A DNA stretch of 64,000 nt from Rhizobacter sp. (GTDB lineage: Bacteria; Pseudomonadota; Gammaproteobacteria; Burkholderiales; Burkholderiaceae_C), in contig JADMJX010000078.1 of the NCBI GenBank assembly GCA_018780185.1, positions 1,007 through 65,006 on the forward strand. The letters are read 5' to 3'. The notes below the pieces were generated by a model, which worked only from the letters and a program-made list of their open reading frames with translations, had not been told where the DNA came from and made no database searches. Made by a program: the position numbers and the translations under genes. This document shows, in pieces, positions 61,988 through 64,000 of the stretch (its first letter is position 1; each line of letters opens with the position of its first letter).

Positions 61988-62584
61988 TCACTTCGGCGGC
62001 AGCTGCACACTGACCCGTCGCGGGTTGACCCCGCTGTGCGGGAAGTCTTTCATCGCCGCGAGGAACAGGGCGGCCAACAACTGCGGCCCGCCCACCGTCA
62101 GGCCGTCGTCGGTGGCGCGGGCCTCGTACAGCGCCTGGTTGCTTTGGCGGTCGCGGATCAGCAGCGCGACTTCGCGGTCGTAGCGCGGGCTGTCGTAGGT
62201 CATCGAGAAACTCGGCCCCCAGAAGGGGCGGCCCCAGCGTGAGTAGTACAGGCCGCCGCGCCACCAGAACGGGTCGTCGTAGACCGGGTGGTCGGTGCGC
62301 GTGATGCGTGCGCCCACCTGCACCGTCACGTCGGCGGCCTTGGCGTCGGCCACCTCGGTGAAACCCGCCGTGGCCAGCGCGGGCCGGGCCATCGCTTCGA
62401 GTTCGCCCTGCTCCTGCGGGCGGGCCTGTTGCGAGGGCAGGCGCTCAAAGGCGTAGGTCGTGGGTTTGCGCTCGGCAGGCCACTGGCTGTAGGTCGACAC
62501 GTCGCTGTCGACGGTGTTCAGGCTGGCGCAGCCGGTCAGGGCCGCCACCAGGGCCAGCAAGGCAACAGAAGACATTCGCAGCAT
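61988..62584 (-). CDS. Hypothetical lipoprotein (DUF4136-like)
   Basis: MLRMSSVALLALVAALTGC lipobox; 198 aa; pattern recalls DUF4136, needs an HMM check. Confidence 0.65.
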   Translation of the reverse strand: MLRMSSVALLALVAALTGCASLNTVDSDVSTYSQWPAERKPTTYAFERLPSQQARPQEQGELEAMARPALATAGFTEVADAKAADVTVQVGARITRTDHPVYDDPFWWRGGLYYSRWGRPFWGPSFSMTYDSPRYDREVALLIRDRQSNQALYEARATDDGLTVGGPQLLAALFLAAMKDFPHSGVNPRRVSVQLPPK

Positions 62585-62609
62585 GGTCGGCCTCCGAGAA
62601 AGGGGCGGG

Positions 62610-63524
62610 TCAAGGCCCCTGGAACTTGATCACCGCGTCAATGCCTGGGGCAGGAGGCGGCGCGCAGAGCTCTTCGTCGTCGAAGGCCACATCGCCGCCC
62701 ACATCGGGCACACCGGTGGTTTTGAGTGAGGTGAAAGGGTAGAGGTTCCTGTCCATCATGTGCGAGGGCGTGATGTTGCCCATGGCGGTGAACAGGTTGT
62801 CGATGCGGCCGGGGAAGCGCTTGTCCCAGTCGCGCAGCATCTCCTTGATCTGCACCCGTTGCAGCTTGTCCTGGCTGCCGCACAGGGTGCACGGGATGAT
62901 CGGGAACGCGCGGTGCGCGGCCCAGCGCTCCAGATCGGTTTCGGCCACATAGGCGAGCGGGCGGATCACGATGTTCTTGCCGTCGTCGCTCACCAGCTTG
63001 GGCGGCATGCCCTTGATGCGCGAGCCGAAGAACATGTTCATGAAGAGGGTCTGGATCATGTCGTCGCGGTGGTGGCCAAGCGCCACCTTGGTCGCGCCCA
63101 GCTCACCCGCCACGCGGTACAAGATGCCGCGGCGCAGGCGCGAGCACAGGCTGCACATGGTCTTGCCCTCGGGGATCAGGCGCTTGACGATGGAGTACGT
63201 GTCTTGGTTCTCGATGTGGAAGGGCACGCCACGTGCCTTCAAGTATTCGGGCAGCACGTGGTCGGGGAAGCCCGGCTGTTTCTGGTCGAGGTTGACGGCC
63301 ACCAGGTCGAACTTGATGGGCGCGCGCTGCTGCAGGTTGACCAGGATGTCGAGCAGGGCGTAGCTGTCTTTGCCGCCCGAGACGCACACCATCACCTTGT
63401 CGCCGTCTTCGATCATGTTGAAGTCGGCAATCGCCTGGCCCACCTGGCGGTGCAGGCGCTTGCTGAGCTTGTTGATCTCGAAGGCCGCCTTGGTTTCGTC
63501 TTTGTCCAGCACCGCACTCATCAC
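62610..63524 (-). CDS. ttcA: tRNA 2-thiocytidine(32) synthetase TtcA
   Basis: PP-loop [16 protein letters not shown] and C-terminal CTLCGSQ cysteine motifs; 304 aa. Confidence 0.94.
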   Translation of the reverse strand: MMSAVLDKDETKAAFEINKLSKRLHRQVGQAIADFNMIEDGDKVMVCVSGGKDSYALLDILVNLQQRAPIKFDLVAVNLDQKQPGFPDHVLPEYLKARGVPFHIENQDTYSIVKRLIPEGKTMCSLCSRLRRGILYRVAGELGATKVALGHHRDDMIQTLFMNMFFGSRIKGMPPKLVSDDGKNIVIRPLAYVAETDLERWAAHRAFPIIPCTLCGSQDKLQRVQIKEMLRDWDKRFPGRIDNLFTAMGNITPSHMMDRNLYPFTSLKTTGVPDVGGDVAFDDEELCAPPPAPGIDAVIKFQGP

Positions 63525-63916
63525 AGTTCCTTGATTCCAAACACTTCACAACCGACCGCATCGCAGTCGGGGTACACATCGGGCTTCTCGGTCGACACCC
63601 GCGCGGCCTTGACCCGCGGGTGGGCCAGCATCAGGGTCAGCACCTCGTCGCACAAGGTCTCTTGCAGGTGCACGTGGCCTTGCTTGATGCGCACGCCGAT
63701 GCTGCGGCGCATGAAGTCGTAGTCAACCACTTCGTCCAGGTCGTCGTTCTTCGGCGTGGAGAAGGCCAACGGGATGTACAGGTCGACGTTGATCAACACC
63801 CGCTGCTCGCCGCGCTTTTCGTAATCGTGCACACCGATGTTGATCCACACCTCGTAGTTGCGCAAGAAAAGGCGCCGGCAGTCGCGCAGGTCCATGTGGC
63901 CCAAAAGGCTTTGCAT
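63521..63916 (-). CDS. Dihydroneopterin aldolase family (FolB-like) protein
   Basis: [31 protein letters not shown] is FolB-like; stop overlaps the ttcA start by 4 nt; start ATG 63916 lies 1 nt after the stop of the upstream SDR gene. Confidence 0.75.
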   Translation of the reverse strand: MQSLLGHMDLRDCRRLFLRNYEVWINIGVHDYEKRGEQRVLINVDLYIPLAFSTPKNDDLDEVVDYDFMRRSIGVRIKQGHVHLQETLCDEVLTLMLAHPRVKAARVSTEKPDVYPDCDAVGCEVFGIKEL

Positions 63917-63917
63917 G

Positions 63918-64000
63918 TCAGGTCTCTTTGTTCGGGTTGGCAAGGAACATCACGTCGCGAGGTTGACCCTGCAAATGCTGGCCTCCATCGACCAGCAGCG
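63918..64000 (-). CDS. Short-chain dehydrogenase/reductase, 3' end only (gene continues beyond the window)
   Basis: Minus-strand frame reads ...LLVDGGQHLQGQPRDVMFLANPNKET-stop; the L.VDGG motif is typical of SDR C-termini. Confidence 0.5.
   Translation of the reverse strand, partial: LLVDGGQHLQGQPRDVMFLANPNKET

Overview
High-G+C chromosomal segment; gene content and order suggest a betaproteobacterium of the Burkholderiales (inference). It is almost entirely core housekeeping. Positions 1-10.9 kb carry the end of the S10 operon, a peroxiredoxin gene, the spc and alpha ribosomal-protein operons (including secY, infA, rpoA and an rpmJ missing from the ORF track) and an initiator tRNA-fMet. Next come a minus-strand thioredoxin-like/TerC/BI-1 membrane cluster, an aldehyde dehydrogenase and small exported proteins. 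After those are sulfate ABC transporter genes (sbp-cysTWA) and a convergent cysB-like regulator, separated by two tandem paralogous lipoproteins with Ig-like repeats and an SGDH-type beta-propeller. The rest is yajC-secDF, a DUF1631-like protein, the smg-dprA-LysM / def-fmt-htpX locus, azlCD, pgk-pyk, a threonine dehydratase, fba-purC...purEK-sua5, dacB, tsaB-rimI-udg, a PAS-GGDEF-EAL protein, glmU, ttcA and a folB-like gene. I found no CRISPR array, integrase, transposase, toxin-antitoxin pair or recognisable defence island, and no convincing novel multi-gene system. The best candidates for follow-up are: (1) an orphan wHTH + GHKL-ATPase + STAS-like single-gene module between the threonine dehydratase and fba; (2) the mosaic tandem lipoprotein pair next to the cys genes; (3) unusually long, strongly structured spacers inside the alpha operon. 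Many long ORFs in the six-frame track are antisense or upstream-extension artefacts of the high G+C content.
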